A stretch of 64,000 bases of DNA. It comes from an uncultured Alphaproteobacteria bacterium (GTDB lineage Bacteria > Pseudomonadota > Alphaproteobacteria > Rhodobacterales > Rhodobacteraceae). Of this stretch, positions 1 to 10,415 are shown piece after piece (position 1 is the first letter of the stretch; each line of letters begins with the position of its first letter). Below the pieces are notes generated by a model. That model was not told the origin of the DNA, made no database searches, and was given only the letters and a program-made list of their open reading frames with translations. The translations under genes were made by a program, and so were the position numbers. The stretch spans positions 39,098 to 103,097 of the forward strand of contig CAWFGJ010000004.1 in NCBI GenBank assembly GCA_963815355.1, given 5' to 3'.

Positions 1-1516
1 GACCGGCCTGGTTCAGTCGGGACAGGTTGCTTTGCAACTTAACGGCACAGAAAGCAGCCTCGCCGGCGAAGCCACTGCGCTGATCGGGCATGGCCCCTTG
101 GTCGACTTGCTGACGCGGGCGCTGAGGGAGGAATTGCCACTGCTGGCCCGTGATGGAGGATTTATCGCTGAAGGCTACGACTCAGCGCTCGATGAGGCGC
201 GGTCGCTACGCGACGAGGGGCGCGGCGTGGTGGCTCGGATGCAGTCGGACTATGCGGCCGAGGCGGGGATTTCAGGCCTTAAAATAAAGCACAACAATGT
301 CTTGGGCTATTTCATTGAAACCACGTCTACACATGCGGAGAAGATGCTTTCCGCACCGCTGAATGAACGGTTCATCCATCGGCAAACGACGGCCGGGCAA
401 GTGCGCTTTACGACCATAGAGTTGAGCGCGCTTGAGACAAAAATACTAAACGCGGGCAATAATGCGCTTGAAATCGAGTTGCGGCACTTTGCCGATTTGA
501 GGACAGCGGTTTTGGCGCAAGCGGCGGCAATAGGTGCAGCCGCTCGGGCATTGGCGGAGATCGATCTGACGGCTGCGTTGGCTGAGTTGGCGGTTGTCGA
601 AGGCTGGACAGAACCAGTTGTTGATGAAAGCCACGCCTTTGAGGTGCGGGGTGGACGGCACCCGGTGGTGGAGCGGGCGCTCAGGCGGCAAGGCTCCGGC
701 CCGTTCGTAGCGAACGACTGCCTGTTGACGGACAGCGCGACCCCAGCGATTTGGCTGCTTACCGGGCCAAACATGGCCGGCAAATCAACGTTTCTGCGAC
801 AAAACGCATTGATTGCACTGCTCGCGCAGGCGGGCAGCTTTGTTCCTGCGCGCGCAGCTCGGATTGGCTTGGTTGGGCAAATATTCTCACGCGTCGGCGC
901 GTCAGACGACTTGGCGCGTGGCCGGTCGACCTTCATGGTCGAAATGGTGGAAACGGCTGCCATTCTCAATCAAGCAGAAGATCGCGCTTTGGTGATCCTG
1001 GATGAAATAGGCAGGGGCACCGCGACCTACGACGGTCTGTCGATTGCATGGGCAACCTTGGAGCACTTGCAGGGAGTAAACCGTTGCCGCGCACTTTTCG
1101 CGACGCATTACCATGAGTTGACAGCCTTGGCGGGCAAATTGGAAGGCGTGAAAAATGCCACCGTGCGCGTCAAGGAATGGGAAGGCGACGTGATCTTCCT
1201 CCACGAGGTGATCGAAGGCGCCGCGGACCGCTCTTATGGGGTGCAGGTTGCGCGGCTGGCAGGGTTGCCGAAAGCCGTCATTGAGCGGGCCAAGGTCGTA
1301 TTGGAAGCGCTGGAAACAGGAGAACGTGACGGCGGCGGGCGGCAAGCGTCGCTGATCGATGACTTGCCGCTTTTCCGAGCCGCCCCAGTCGCGACAGCGC
1401 GCACCGTAACGAAGGAATCACCCGTTCTGTCGCGTTTGCGCGAAGTCAGCCCTGATGAGCTGACCCCGATACAAGCTTTACGTCTGGTCTATGAATTGAA
1501 GGGCGCGGCAGAGTAG
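1..1516 (+). CDS. mutS: DNA mismatch repair protein MutS, C-terminal part (5' end is upstream of the window)
   Basis: The frame is open from the window edge. It has Walker [10 protein letters not shown], Walker [10 protein letters not shown] and the FATHYHEL motif typical of the MutS ATPase domain. Confidence 0.95.
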   Translation, partial: TGLVQSGQVALQLNGTESSLAGEATALIGHGPLVDLLTRALREELPLLARDGGFIAEGYDSALDEARSLRDEGRGVVARMQSDYAAEAGISGLKIKHNNVLGYFIETTSTHAEKMLSAPLNERFIHRQTTAGQVRFTTIELSALETKILNAGNNALEIELRHFADLRTAVLAQAAAIGAAARALAEIDLTAALAELAVVEGWTEPVVDESHAFEVRGGRHPVVERALRRQGSGPFVANDCLLTDSATPAIWLLTGPNMAGKSTFLRQNALIALLAQAGSFVPARAARIGLVGQIFSRVGASDDLARGRSTFMVEMVETAAILNQAEDRALVILDEIGRGTATYDGLSIAWATLEHLQGVNRCRALFATHYHELTALAGKLEGVKNATVRVKEWEGDVIFLHEVIEGAADRSYGVQVARLAGLPKAVIERAKVVLEALETGERDGGGRQASLIDDLPLFRAAPVATARTVTKESPVLSRLREVSPDELTPIQALRLVYELKGAAE

Positions 1517-1532
1517 TCGGCGCGACAATTCA

Positions 1533-2078
1533 TCAGCCTTGGGTATTGGACGAAACGCCAACCTGCGCGGGGCGCAAAAGGCGATCATGCAACAGAAAGC
1601 CCTCGGTCATCACCTGAATGATTTGACCGGCCTTGGTGCCTGGCAACGGTGCCTCAAACATCGCCTGATGCAACTGCGGGTCAAAGACATCGCCAGTCGC
1701 GGGAGAGATCGGCGTAACACCATGCTTTGTCATGACGTTTGTGAGTTCGCGAAGCGTCAACTCCACCCCTTCGATCAAAGGTGCTGCTTGGCTGCGCACG
1801 TCATCTGTGGCCGCGTCCAGCGCACGTTTCAGATTGTCGTAAACTGGCAACAGGTCACGGGCAAGACGCGTGCCCCCATACTGTTCAGCTTCGCGACGAT
1901 CACGATCCGCGCGTTTGCGTGAGTTTTCGGCATCCGCCAACGCGCGCATGAAGCGGTCGCGCAGTTCATCGCGCTCGGCGCGAAGGGCGTCGAGTTCATC
2001 GGAATCGATGAATTCCTCAAAATCCTCCAGTTCGATCCCCGGATCGGTTTCCTGCGGGCTCGTATCTTGCTGGGCCAT
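1533..2078 (-). CDS. grpE: Nucleotide exchange factor GrpE
   Basis: Acidic N terminus, coiled coil and a C-terminal beta domain (GFLLHDRLLRPAQV). ATG at 2078 is preceded by AAGGAAG. The track start at 2096 is a TTG. Confidence 0.93.
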   Translation of the reverse strand: MAQQDTSPQETDPGIELEDFEEFIDSDELDALRAERDELRDRFMRALADAENSRKRADRDRREAEQYGGTRLARDLLPVYDNLKRALDAATDDVRSQAAPLIEGVELTLRELTNVMTKHGVTPISPATGDVFDPQLHQAMFEAPLPGTKAGQIIQVMTEGFLLHDRLLRPAQVGVSSNTQG

Positions 2079-2101
2079 AGTCGTCTTCCTTACCAATTCG
2101 T

Positions 2102-3178
2102 CTAATGTCCGCCTTTGCCACGATCCGACAAAAGCTTTCCGACCAACTGCGCCGTATAGTCCACGATGGGAACGATCCGGCCGTAGTTCAGCCGGGTAGG
2201 TCCAATCACACCGATTGCGCCGATGATCTTACGATCAGCGTTCATATAGGGAGAGACCACCAGAGAGGAACCCGAAAGTGAAAAAAGCTTGTTCTCTGAG
2301 CCAATAAAGATGCGGACACCCTCGCCGGATTCCGCGAGCTCTAGGAAGTTCGCAATGTCGCGCTTGCGCTCGAGGTCGTCAAAGAGGCTTCGGATGCGCT
2401 CAACATCTTTTGCAGCGCCTTCATCTTCAATGAGATTTGCGCGGCCACGGACAAGCAGACGCTCTGCCTGCTCCCCTGCGTTCTCCCAAAGAGCCAGGCC
2501 GCTTTCTACCAACTCCCTGGCCAGCGAATCGATTTCCTGACGGCGATCCGCGATGTCTTTGCCGATCGAGCGCCGCAATTCGGAAAGCGTCTTGCCTTCG
2601 GCCAGCGCATTCAAAAAGTTTGCTGCCTCTCGCATCGAGGACGGGGTCTGGCCGGCGGGCGGCGTGAAGACCCGGTTTTCGACATGTCCATCCGCGAAGA
2701 CAAGCACGACGAGTGCACGGTCTTGGGCAAGGCTGACAAATTCTATGTGGCGGATCGGGGCCTCTTGTTTAGGCGCAAGAACGACAGAGGCGCCGCGCGT
2801 TATACCAGACAGCGTCATCCCAACCTGGTCCAACAGCGCGGTGATATCCTGATCACCCGCCGTGACTGCCGCATCCATAACGGCCCGATCCTCGGAGCCG
2901 ACGGTTCCGACCTCAAGCAAGCCATCGACGAACATCCGCAGACCGAGATGCGTTGGAATGCGGCCAGCCGAAATGTGGGGGCTGTCAAGTAGGCCGAGGA
3001 ATTCAAGATCCTGCATCACGTTGCGGATTGTCGCGGCTGAAAGGCGTTCGCTCATGCTGCGCGTGAGCGTCCGGGACCCGACCGGATCACCTGACGCGAG
3101 GTAGCCTTCAACCACACGGCGAAACACCTCACGCGAGCGTTCATTCAACTCTGAAAGGATTCTCGCGCCGTCTGACAT
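2102..3178 (-). CDS. hrcA: Heat-inducible transcription repressor HrcA
   Basis: From the internal ATG the product reads [38 protein letters not shown], a typical HrcA winged-helix N terminus. It sits directly upstream of grpE. The 118-codon upstream extension in the track has no support. Confidence 0.93.
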   Translation of the reverse strand: MSDGARILSELNERSREVFRRVVEGYLASGDPVGSRTLTRSMSERLSAATIRNVMQDLEFLGLLDSPHISAGRIPTHLGLRMFVDGLLEVGTVGSEDRAVMDAAVTAGDQDITALLDQVGMTLSGITRGASVVLAPKQEAPIRHIEFVSLAQDRALVVLVFADGHVENRVFTPPAGQTPSSMREAANFLNALAEGKTLSELRRSIGKDIADRRQEIDSLARELVESGLALWENAGEQAERLLVRGRANLIEDEGAAKDVERIRSLFDDLERKRDIANFLELAESGEGVRIFIGSENKLFSLSGSSLVVSPYMNADRKIIGAIGVIGPTRLNYGRIVPIVDYTAQLVGKLLSDRGKGGH

Positions 3179-3287
3179 GCTGTTTGCTCCATTTGTGAAG
3201 GTAGGGAGCGCGAAGGAAAGCGTCAATCGGGCTTGCAACGGGGTAAAAGGGGGGACTATCTGGAATGAAGTGAAAAAGGAACGAACA

Positions 3288-4004
3288 ATGCGCCCCTCAG
3301 GCAGAAAACTGAACGACCTTCGCCCGATTTCAATCGAGGTTGGCGTAACCAAGCACGCAGAAGGGTCTTGCCTTATCAAGATGGGAGATACCCATGTTTT
3401 GTGCACAGCAACGTTAGAGGAAAAGGCGCCGCCGTTCTTGAAGAACACGGGCCTTGGTTGGGTGACGGCCGAGTATGGGATGCTGCCCCGCGCTACGAAC
3501 AGTCGGACACGACGCGAGGCCGCTGCGGGCAAGCAATCCGGAAGAACTCAGGAAATTCAACGGCTTATTGGACGGTCGTTGCGGGCAGGTGTGGATCGCT
3601 CGGCGCTCGGCGAGCGTCAGATCGTGGTGGATTGCGATGTAATCCAAGCCGATGGAGGCACGCGCTGCGCGTCGATTACTGGCGGCTGGGTCGCGCTGCG
3701 GCTTGCGGTGAATAAACTGCTTAAGTCAGGACTTATTGTCAGCGACCCGATAATCGACCATGTGGCGGCAGTTTCCTGCGGGATCTACGCCGGTCAGCCT
3801 GTTCTGGACCTTGATTATGTCGAGGATTCCAGCGCCGGCACAGATGGCAACTTTGTTTTGACAGGGCGCGGTCGACTTATTGAGGTGCAGATGTCTGCAG
3901 AGGGCGCAACGTTTTCTCGAAACGAAATGGGCGAACTCCTCGATCTGGCTGAAGAAGGCCTTGTTGCTTTGGTGGCCGCTCAGAAAGCAGCATTGGGGCT
4001 GTAA
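3288..4004 (+). CDS. rph: Ribonuclease PH
   Basis: [13 protein letters not shown]... and [11 protein letters not shown] motifs. The ATG at 3288 gives the canonical RNase PH length. Confidence 0.95.
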   Translation: MRPSGRKLNDLRPISIEVGVTKHAEGSCLIKMGDTHVLCTATLEEKAPPFLKNTGLGWVTAEYGMLPRATNSRTRREAAAGKQSGRTQEIQRLIGRSLRAGVDRSALGERQIVVDCDVIQADGGTRCASITGGWVALRLAVNKLLKSGLIVSDPIIDHVAAVSCGIYAGQPVLDLDYVEDSSAGTDGNFVLTGRGRLIEVQMSAEGATFSRNEMGELLDLAEEGLVALVAAQKAALGL

Positions 4005-4615
4005 TGGCGCGAAAGTTTACCGGCCCGAAGTTGGTCATTGCTACCCACAATACGGGTAAGCTTGACGAAATCTCGGCGCTCTTAGCTGACTTTGCGGTGG
4101 ATGTGATTTCCTCCGGTGCCCTCGGGCTACCTGAACCTGTCGAGACTGAGGATAGCTTTGCTGGCAATGCGAGATTGAAGGCCCATTCCGCGGCTAAACT
4201 TTCCGGCATGCCCGCTCTGGCAGACAATTCTGGAATTTGTGTAGAAGCTCTGAACGACGCGCCGGGTGTTTACACCGCAGACTGGGCAGACACTGCCGCT
4301 GGTCGCGACTACGATTTGGCGATGACGCGGGTCTGGTCTGAGCTTGAAGGTATCGCTGCAGCCGAGCCAAGGCGCGCGCGCTTTTGCTGCACGCTTGTGC
4401 TTGCCTGGCCGGATGGACATGATGAGTTGTTCGAAGGCACGATCGAGGGCCAAATCGTCTGGCCGATGCGGGGCAGTCAGGGGCATGGATATGATCCGAT
4501 TTTCCAACCGCACGGCCATCTGTTAACATTCGGTGAAATGGATCGGTGGGAAAAGAACCGCCTAAGCCACAGGGCCAGCGCCTTTCAGAAACTGGTGAGG
4601 GGTTGTTTCACGTGA
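4004..4615 (+). CDS. rdgB: Non-canonical purine NTP pyrophosphatase RdgB/HAM1 family
   Basis: ATHNTGKLDEI and GHGYDPIF motifs. The start overlaps the rph stop (TAATG). Confidence 0.9.
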   Translation: MARKFTGPKLVIATHNTGKLDEISALLADFAVDVISSGALGLPEPVETEDSFAGNARLKAHSAAKLSGMPALADNSGICVEALNDAPGVYTADWADTAAGRDYDLAMTRVWSELEGIAAAEPRRARFCCTLVLAWPDGHDELFEGTIEGQIVWPMRGSQGHGYDPIFQPHGHLLTFGEMDRWEKNRLSHRASAFQKLVRGCFT

Positions 4616-4619
4616 AACG
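4604..4619. promoter_or_regulatory. parS: parS-like ParB binding site (15/16 match)
   Basis: tgtttcacgtgaaacG compared with the parS consensus TGTTNCACGTGAAACA. The 14-bp core GTTTCACGTGAAAC (4605-4618) is a perfect palindrome. Confidence 0.75.
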
Positions 4620-4986
4620 AATTTCAACTGGTTCTCCGTTTGAGGCAAGTATGGGCTACAGCCGGGCGGTCATTAAGGGTGGTTGGTGCTTTGTCTCCGG
4701 AGTGACGGGGTATGACTACGATACAATGTCGATTCCAGATGAGGCGGCGGCACAAACTCGGAATTGCTTTGCGACCATTCGGACCGTTCTGGCCGAAGCA
4801 GGGTTTTCAATCGAAGACGTCGTTCGTGTCCAATATACGCTTATCGCTGCAGAACTGGTCGAACAAATCGCTCCCATCTTGGCTCTGTCACTTGGAGAGG
4901 TCCGCCCTGCTGCGACGATGGTGATCGCTGGGTTAATCAGACCGGAAATGAAGATTGAGATCGAAGTCACGGCATTCAAGGGCTGA
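4612..4986 (+). CDS. RidA/YjgF family protein
   Basis: FEASMGYSRAVIKGGWCFVSGVTG and the C-terminal IEIEVTA are typical of the family. A GTG at 4612 overlaps the rdgB stop (GTGA), with GAGGGG about 10 nt upstream. The longer track ORF starts inside rdgB. Confidence 0.8.
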   Translation: MKRISTGSPFEASMGYSRAVIKGGWCFVSGVTGYDYDTMSIPDEAAAQTRNCFATIRTVLAEAGFSIEDVVRVQYTLIAAELVEQIAPILALSLGEVRPAATMVIAGLIRPEMKIEIEVTAFKG

Positions 4987-4989
4987 TGT

Positions 4990-6171
4990 ATGGAAGATTG
5001 GCGCCGTGGTGGCTTTGGGCTCTATATTCACTGGCCCTTTTGCCAGTCAAAATGTCCCTACTGCGACTTCAATAGCCATGTGGCGGAGAAGGTCGACCAG
5101 AAACGGTGGCTCGCAGCATATCTTGGCGAAATTGACCGCTGTGCCAAAGAAACACCCGGCCGTGTGCTAGAAAGTGTGTTCTTTGGGGGCGGGACCCCGT
5201 CGCTAATGCAACCCGAAATAGTTGCAGAAATCATTGCCTCCGTCCGTAGGGCGTGGCCGATGCGGAATGACCCTGAAATCACACTCGAGGCAAATCCCGG
5301 CTCAATTGAGGCGGGTCGGTTTCAAGCATACCGTCAGGGCGGCGTGAACCGCATCTCCATGGGCATGCAGGCGATGAATGACGCCGATCTGCGGCGCTTA
5401 GGCCGTCTCCACACGACAAAGGAGGCAATTCAAGCCTTTGACATTGCGCGAAACAACTTTGAGCGCGTAAGTTTTGATCTCATTTACGCACGGCAAAGTC
5501 AGACCATCCAGGATTGGACAACTGAGCTACAACAGGCCCTAGCGATGGCCGTTGACCACGTGTCACTTTACCAACTTACGATCGAACCCGGCACCGCATT
5601 TGGCGACCGGTTTTCTCGGGGGCGTTTGCGTGGCCTACCGGACGAGGACCTATCCGCCGATATGTATCTGGCCACTCAAGAGATTTGTGGGGCGGCTGGC
5701 TTTCCTTCATACGAAGTCTCAAACCATGCCAGAGAAGGGGCCGAATCGCGCCACAATCTCATCTATTGGCGGGGCGGGGACTATATCGGGATTGGTCCAG
5801 GCGCACACGGCAGGCTAACGCTCAACGGTAATCGATGGGCGACGGAGGCCCCTCGCGCGCCGGGCCAATGGCTGGCAATGGCGGAAAAGAACATCGCAGC
5901 TGAATTGCCGCGCGAACTGCTCTCAACCGAAGAGCACGTCGAGGAATATCTATTGATGGGACTTCGCCTTTCCGAAGGACTGAACATCGACCGTATCGCG
6001 GCCATTCTGGAACGCGATATCACGGGTGTATTTGACCAATTGCTCGCAGATGGGCTTGCAACAGTTGATCGTAGCGCACTCAAGGCGACAGCCAAAGGAA
6101 GACTGTTGCTAAACGAAGTCATCAGGCGCGCGGCGACTTGTCTTAAGTCACAGAGTCGAGGCGCGGCATAA
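4990..6171 (+). CDS. hemW: Radical SAM heme chaperone HemW (HemN-like, oxygen-independent coproporphyrinogen oxidase family)
   Basis: Radical SAM cluster motif CQSKCPYCDF, with HemN-like length and C-terminal domain. Confidence 0.85.
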   Translation: MEDWRRGGFGLYIHWPFCQSKCPYCDFNSHVAEKVDQKRWLAAYLGEIDRCAKETPGRVLESVFFGGGTPSLMQPEIVAEIIASVRRAWPMRNDPEITLEANPGSIEAGRFQAYRQGGVNRISMGMQAMNDADLRRLGRLHTTKEAIQAFDIARNNFERVSFDLIYARQSQTIQDWTTELQQALAMAVDHVSLYQLTIEPGTAFGDRFSRGRLRGLPDEDLSADMYLATQEICGAAGFPSYEVSNHAREGAESRHNLIYWRGGDYIGIGPGAHGRLTLNGNRWATEAPRAPGQWLAMAEKNIAAELPRELLSTEEHVEEYLLMGLRLSEGLNIDRIAAILERDITGVFDQLLADGLATVDRSALKATAKGRLLLNEVIRRAATCLKSQSRGAA

Positions 6172-6196
6172 GTCTAAAATCGGCATTACTAGGCGC

Positions 6197-7099
6197 TTAG
6201 AACCCATCGGCATCGCGCGGGATAAGCGAAAGAATCTGGCAAAGCCGGTCTAATTGCGCAAGGCTGCTGTAGGAAATACTAAGTCTGCCACCCTCTCCGC
6301 CTTTATCATGATCGATTCGAACGCCCATCTTTAAATTTGCGGAGAGATCTGACTCGATTGCCCTAGTATCCGCGTCCTTCTCGGAAGGCTTCTTCGTGCG
6401 CCCCGCCCCGACGGAGGCCTTCTTCCGCACTAATGCTTCCGTTTCCCGAACAGACAGGCCTTTTCCGACCACCACCGCCGCAAGCGCAAGCGGATCCGCC
6501 GTTGTAATCAGCGCGCGCGCGTGCCCAGCAGAGAGCGTTCCACTTGAAATCATTTGCTGAACTGGCTCAGGAAGCGAGAGCAACCTTAGCAAATTGGCAA
6601 TGTGGCTCCGGCTTCGCGATAGCGCCGTTGCGATCATTTCCTGCGTATGGCCAAAACGCTCCATCAATTGCCGATAGGCCAGGGCTTCTTCAACCGCATT
6701 CAGCTCGGCACGTTGAATGTTCTCGATAATAGCCACTTCGAGGACTTCAGAGTCGGTAAAGACTCGAACAAGAACGGGCACTTCATGAAGTTGTGCGATC
6801 TGCGCCGCGCGCCACCGCCGCTCCCCTGCCACGATTTCATACCGATCTGAATCAGGGATGGCTCTCACGATCAACGGCTGAATTACTCCCCGCTGCCGTA
6901 TTGAGTCCGCCAGGTCCTTGAGCGCTTCGGGATGAAAGGTCCTCCGAGGCTGATCGGGGTTCGGCGCAATTTTTTCAACCGCAACCATTTGATCCGATTG
7001 CGGCGGTGACGATCCACCTGGCTCGTCCAGGCTGATGTCCGCCATCAAAGCAGAAAGGCCACGACCCAACCCACGGCGTTCAAATTTCCGGTCCGTCAT
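6197..7099 (-). CDS. parB: Chromosome partitioning protein ParB
   Basis: GERRWRAA arginine patch and an HTH region. Its ATG overlaps the parA stop (ATGA). Confidence 0.93.
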   Translation of the reverse strand: MTDRKFERRGLGRGLSALMADISLDEPGGSSPPQSDQMVAVEKIAPNPDQPRRTFHPEALKDLADSIRQRGVIQPLIVRAIPDSDRYEIVAGERRWRAAQIAQLHEVPVLVRVFTDSEVLEVAIIENIQRAELNAVEEALAYRQLMERFGHTQEMIATALSRSRSHIANLLRLLSLPEPVQQMISSGTLSAGHARALITTADPLALAAVVVGKGLSVRETEALVRKKASVGAGRTKKPSEKDADTRAIESDLSANLKMGVRIDHDKGGEGGRLSISYSSLAQLDRLCQILSLIPRDADGF

Positions 7100-7923
7100 C
7101 GATTGGTTCCTTCTTGGGCTACTATAAGCGGATGCCTTTTCAGAACTTCACGGGCGAGGCCCCGATAAGCCTCAGCACCTTTTGAGTTCGTGTCGTAGGA
7201 AAGAACTGGCATCGAGTATGAGGGTGCCTCTCCCACCCTTACATTTCTGGGGATGACTGTATCAAAGACCAACTCCCCCAATGTCCGTCGGGCGTCACTT
7301 TCAACTTGTTGCGATAGGCGGTTCCGGCTGTCGTGCATTGTCAGGACAACACCTTCAATCCGAAGCATCGGATTTGCGATTTTTCGGATTTGTCGAATGG
7401 TCAGCATAAGTTGAGACAGGCCCTCCAACGCAAAAAATTCGGTTTGCAACGGAACAAGTATCGCATGCGAAGCCACCAACGCATTGACCGTCAATAGGCT
7501 TAGCGAAGGGGGGCAATCGATCAGAACAAAGTCGAAATTGAACCTCTCAAGCCCCGGCTCGCGGAGCGCATCATGCAGGAGATGGCTCCGTTTTTCGTTG
7601 GCTACCAAATCAATATCAGCAGAAGCCAGATCTGCTGTTGCGGGGCACAAGAAAAGTCCTGGCGTTTTGGTTTCGACCAGAATTTCGGCGGCCGGCATCT
7701 CTTCCATTAACAGGTCATAACTTGTAGCAGTCCGATCGGTCGGTGAAAGACCTAGCCCGGTGGATGCGTTGCCTTGAGGATCGAGGTCTACCAGAAGAAC
7801 TCTAGCCCCCTGCTCAACCAAGGCAGCTGAAAGGTTAATGGCCGTTGTCGTCTTGCCGACGCCGCCCTTTTGATTGGCAATCGCAACGATAAACGGGCGC
7901 GGCGCAGACGTGTGATCAAGCAT
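7096..7923 (-). CDS. parA: Chromosome partitioning ATPase ParA
   Basis: Deviant Walker A KGGVGKTT. The first ATG is at 7923; the track start at 7929 is a TTG. Confidence 0.93.
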   Translation of the reverse strand: MLDHTSAPRPFIVAIANQKGGVGKTTTAINLSAALVEQGARVLLVDLDPQGNASTGLGLSPTDRTATSYDLLMEEMPAAEILVETKTPGLFLCPATADLASADIDLVANEKRSHLLHDALREPGLERFNFDFVLIDCPPSLSLLTVNALVASHAILVPLQTEFFALEGLSQLMLTIRQIRKIANPMLRIEGVVLTMHDSRNRLSQQVESDARRTLGELVFDTVIPRNVRVGEAPSYSMPVLSYDTNSKGAEAYRGLAREVLKRHPLIVAQEGTNR

Positions 7924-8542
7924 GCTCAAGACCCGAAATTTCTAGTATAATGGCAGCCGGATCGGTGCGGCTTGGGTGCTCGACGCAGTCGAATGACCAA
8001 GACTGCCGTGCTGCTTGAAGTTCAATTTGCGCTCGCGCGCCTTTGTGAAAAAACATCTTTGTTCCCAAAAGTGCGTGGCGATTGGCGTAGCCAAGTAGGA
8101 CTGGAAGCGGCGCAAGTGCCCGCGCCGAAATGATTTCGGCGCCCAGAGGTGCAATATTTTCAATCCGATCAGTTACCACAGAAGCATTCAAACCGAGTTG
8201 CCTTATCGCTTCCGAGAGAAATACGGACTTTCGCCGATCAGCCTCAACCAGTGTTACTCGAAGCGCCGGCCGCACTTCGGCGGCGAGAATTGAAACTACG
8301 ATTCCAGGTAGACCGCCGCCACTTCCGAGATCCGCCCAATTCAAAGCTTCAGTCGCTGCCAACTCAAATAGCTGTGCCGAGTCCAAAATGTGGCGTGACC
8401 AAATCGCTTCTGCATCTCCACTCGCAATGAGGTTTATTGAATGGTTCCAGCGCACCACCAGAGCCAAAAAGGCTGTCAACTTTTGATCTGTTTCACGTGA
8501 AACAGACAGCCAAGCAGGAAACCTTGCTTCAACAATGCTCAT
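7916..8542 (-). CDS. rsmG: 16S rRNA (guanine527-N7)-methyltransferase RsmG (GidB)
   Basis: SAM-binding motif [11 protein letters not shown] and an N-terminal VSRET motif. Its ATG overlaps the mnmG stop. Confidence 0.9.
   Translation of the reverse strand: MSIVEARFPAWLSVSRETDQKLTAFLALVVRWNHSINLIASGDAEAIWSRHILDSAQLFELAATEALNWADLGSGGGLPGIVVSILAAEVRPALRVTLVEADRRKSVFLSEAIRQLGLNASVVTDRIENIAPLGAEIISARALAPLPVLLGYANRHALLGTKMFFHKGARAQIELQAARQSWSFDCVEHPSRTDPAAIILEISGLEHA
8487..8506. promoter_or_regulatory. parS: parS (perfect 16-mer at 8489-8504, inside a 20-bp perfect palindrome)
   Basis: The sequence tcTGTTTCACGTGAAACAga reads identically on both strands. It lies in codons 13-18 of rsmG. Confidence 0.85.
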
Positions 8543-10413
8543 TTTGTGGCGCTCTCCCTACGTGTTCGCCGAATCTGCGACAACAAAATTGCGAGCGCCG
8601 CAGGGGTCATACCCTCCAAGCGTGAAGCGTGCCCCAAACTGGTGGGCCGTGCAGTGTTGAGTTTACGCGCAAGTTCTGCCGAAAGCCCAGGCAACCCTAG
8701 ATAGTCAATCTCACTAGGAAGCAATGCTCCCTCTTCTCGCTGCATAGAAGATATCTCTTGCCCTTGCCGTCCAAGATATTGCGCGTAAAGGGAATCCCGT
8801 TCGACCTGGGCACGTATTTGCGCATCCTGAACAAGATAACCCGGGAGCATTGCCTCGATATGGCTCGCTTCAACACCCGGAAATGCGAGCACTTCCAGCA
8901 AAGTTCTCTTCGGTCCATCGACGGCAGTGTTCAAACCAACCTCTGCAAGGCGGCGCCCAGAGACCGAAGTGCGCGACAACTCCTCCTTCAGGGCCTCAAT
9001 CGAAGCCAGCTTAATTTCGAATGCGCGCGCGCGCTCTTGCCGAACACAACCTACATTTATCCCAATCGGTGTCAGGCGTTGGTCCGCATTGTCTGCGCGT
9101 AAAGAAAGCCGAAACTCGGCGCGAGATGTAAACATCCTGTAGGGCTCGGTCACGCCACGGGTAATCAAGTCGTCAACCATCACGCCAATATAGCTATTGG
9201 CCCGCGAAAAGGCGGGTGCGCTGGAACCAAGCGCGGTCGCCGCCGCATTCAACCCTGCGACTAAACCCTGAGCCGCAGCTTCCTCGTAGCCAGTCGTCCC
9301 GTTGATCTGCCCGGCAAAATAAAGTCCGCGAAGAGACTTAACTTGCAGGGATCCATCCAAACCTCTTGGGTCAAAATAATCGTACTCAATCGCGTAGCCC
9401 GGCTGAGTAATTACAACATTTTCAAGGCCGCAAATGGTTCGAACGTAAGCATCCTGCACATCAGCTGGCAACGATGTCGAAATCCCGTTCGGATAGACCG
9501 TGCTGTCATCAAGCCCTTCTGGTTCAAGAAAAACCTGATGGGACTCTTTATCAGCAAAGCGAACAACTTTATCCTCAATCGACGGACAATACCTCGGACC
9601 AATCCCACCAATATGGCCGCCATACATTGCGGATCGCGCAAGGTTCTCACGTACTACCTCATGAGTAAGTGCATTGGTATGAGTAATCCCGCAGCAAATT
9701 TGTCTAACCTGGGGCTTGTTACCGAGAAATGAAAACATTTCTGGCTCTTCGTCGCCAGGTTGCATTTCCAGGGCGTCCCAGCGGATCGTCCGACCATCCA
9801 AGCGCGGTGGGGTCCCCGTCTTTAGTCTACCGCTGCCCAAAGTCAGTTCCGCCAGCTGGGCCGCTAAGCGGATTGATGCCTTGTCCCCAATTCGGCCACC
9901 TGATTGCCGCAGATTGCCAACATGCATAAGACCATTCAAGAAAGTTCCTGCAGTCAAAACGACACAGTTCGCGGATAACAGTTCCCCTGACGCTAATTCG
10001 ACGCCGGAGACCCTTTCTCCTTCAATCAACAGCGCAACAACTTCAGCCTCAAGAATGGTCAGTTGCTCTTCCTGGGCAAGAAGGCCTTGGATCGCCGATC
10101 GATATAGCGCACGGTCCGCTTGCGCCCTCGGCCCTTGCACAGCTGGGCCCTTTCTACGATTTAGCAACCGAAACTGAATCCCTGCACGGTCCGCAGCGGT
10201 CCCCATAATGCCATCAAGTGCGTCAATTTCCCGGACAAGGTGCCCCTTCCCCAATCCACCAATCGCTGGATTGCAGGACATGACGCCAACAGTCTCCCTG
10301 CGCAATGTCACCAGAGCCGTACGTGCACCCATCCGTGCCGCGGCGGCAGCCGCTTCTGAACCAGCGTGCCCGCCGCCCACGATCAAAACGTCAAAATGTT
10401 TCACGTGAAACAC
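8539..10413 (-). CDS. mnmG: tRNA uridine 5-carboxymethylaminomethyl modification enzyme MnmG (GidA)
   Basis: FAD motif [15 protein letters not shown]. The likely start is one of two GTG codons (10413 or 10404). The track start at 10431 is a TTG that overlaps the mnmE 3' end. Confidence 0.93.
   Translation of the reverse strand: MFHVKHFDVLIVGGGHAGSEAAAAAARMGARTALVTLRRETVGVMSCNPAIGGLGKGHLVREIDALDGIMGTAADRAGIQFRLLNRRKGPAVQGPRAQADRALYRSAIQGLLAQEEQLTILEAEVVALLIEGERVSGVELASGELLSANCVVLTAGTFLNGLMHVGNLRQSGGRIGDKASIRLAAQLAELTLGSGRLKTGTPPRLDGRTIRWDALEMQPGDEEPEMFSFLGNKPQVRQICCGITHTNALTHEVVRENLARSAMYGGHIGGIGPRYCPSIEDKVVRFADKESHQVFLEPEGLDDSTVYPNGISTSLPADVQDAYVRTICGLENVVITQPGYAIEYDYFDPRGLDGSLQVKSLRGLYFAGQINGTTGYEEAAAQGLVAGLNAAATALGSSAPAFSRANSYIGVMVDDLITRGVTEPYRMFTSRAEFRLSLRADNADQRLTPIGINVGCVRQERARAFEIKLASIEALKEELSRTSVSGRRLAEVGLNTAVDGPKRTLLEVLAFPGVEASHIEAMLPGYLVQDAQIRAQVERDSLYAQYLGRQGQEISSMQREEGALLPSEIDYLGLPGLSAELARKLNTARPTSLGHASRLEGMTPAALAILLSQIRRTRRESATK
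10397..10412. promoter_or_regulatory. parS: parS (perfect 16-mer)
   Basis: TGTTTCACGTGAAACA lies directly after the mnmE stop (10416-10418) and covers the candidate GTG start codons of mnmG. Confidence 0.85.
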
Positions 10414-10415
10414 CC

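Noticed and set aside
3179-3287. CIRCE operator or sigma-32 promoter in the hrcA/rph divergent region
   Set aside because: There is no TTAGCACTC-N9-GAGTGCTAA inverted repeat. A minus-strand ATTGAC-N16-CCTACCTT (3198-3227) only loosely resembles the alphaproteobacterial RpoH consensus CTTG-N17-CYTATNT. That is too weak to annotate.
5552-5567. CACGTG core inside hemW (and another at about 54024), considered as extra parS sites
   Set aside because: The flanking bases (ttgacCACGTGtcact) do not match the TGTTNCAC/GTGAAACA arms. Only the generic 6-bp palindrome is shared.
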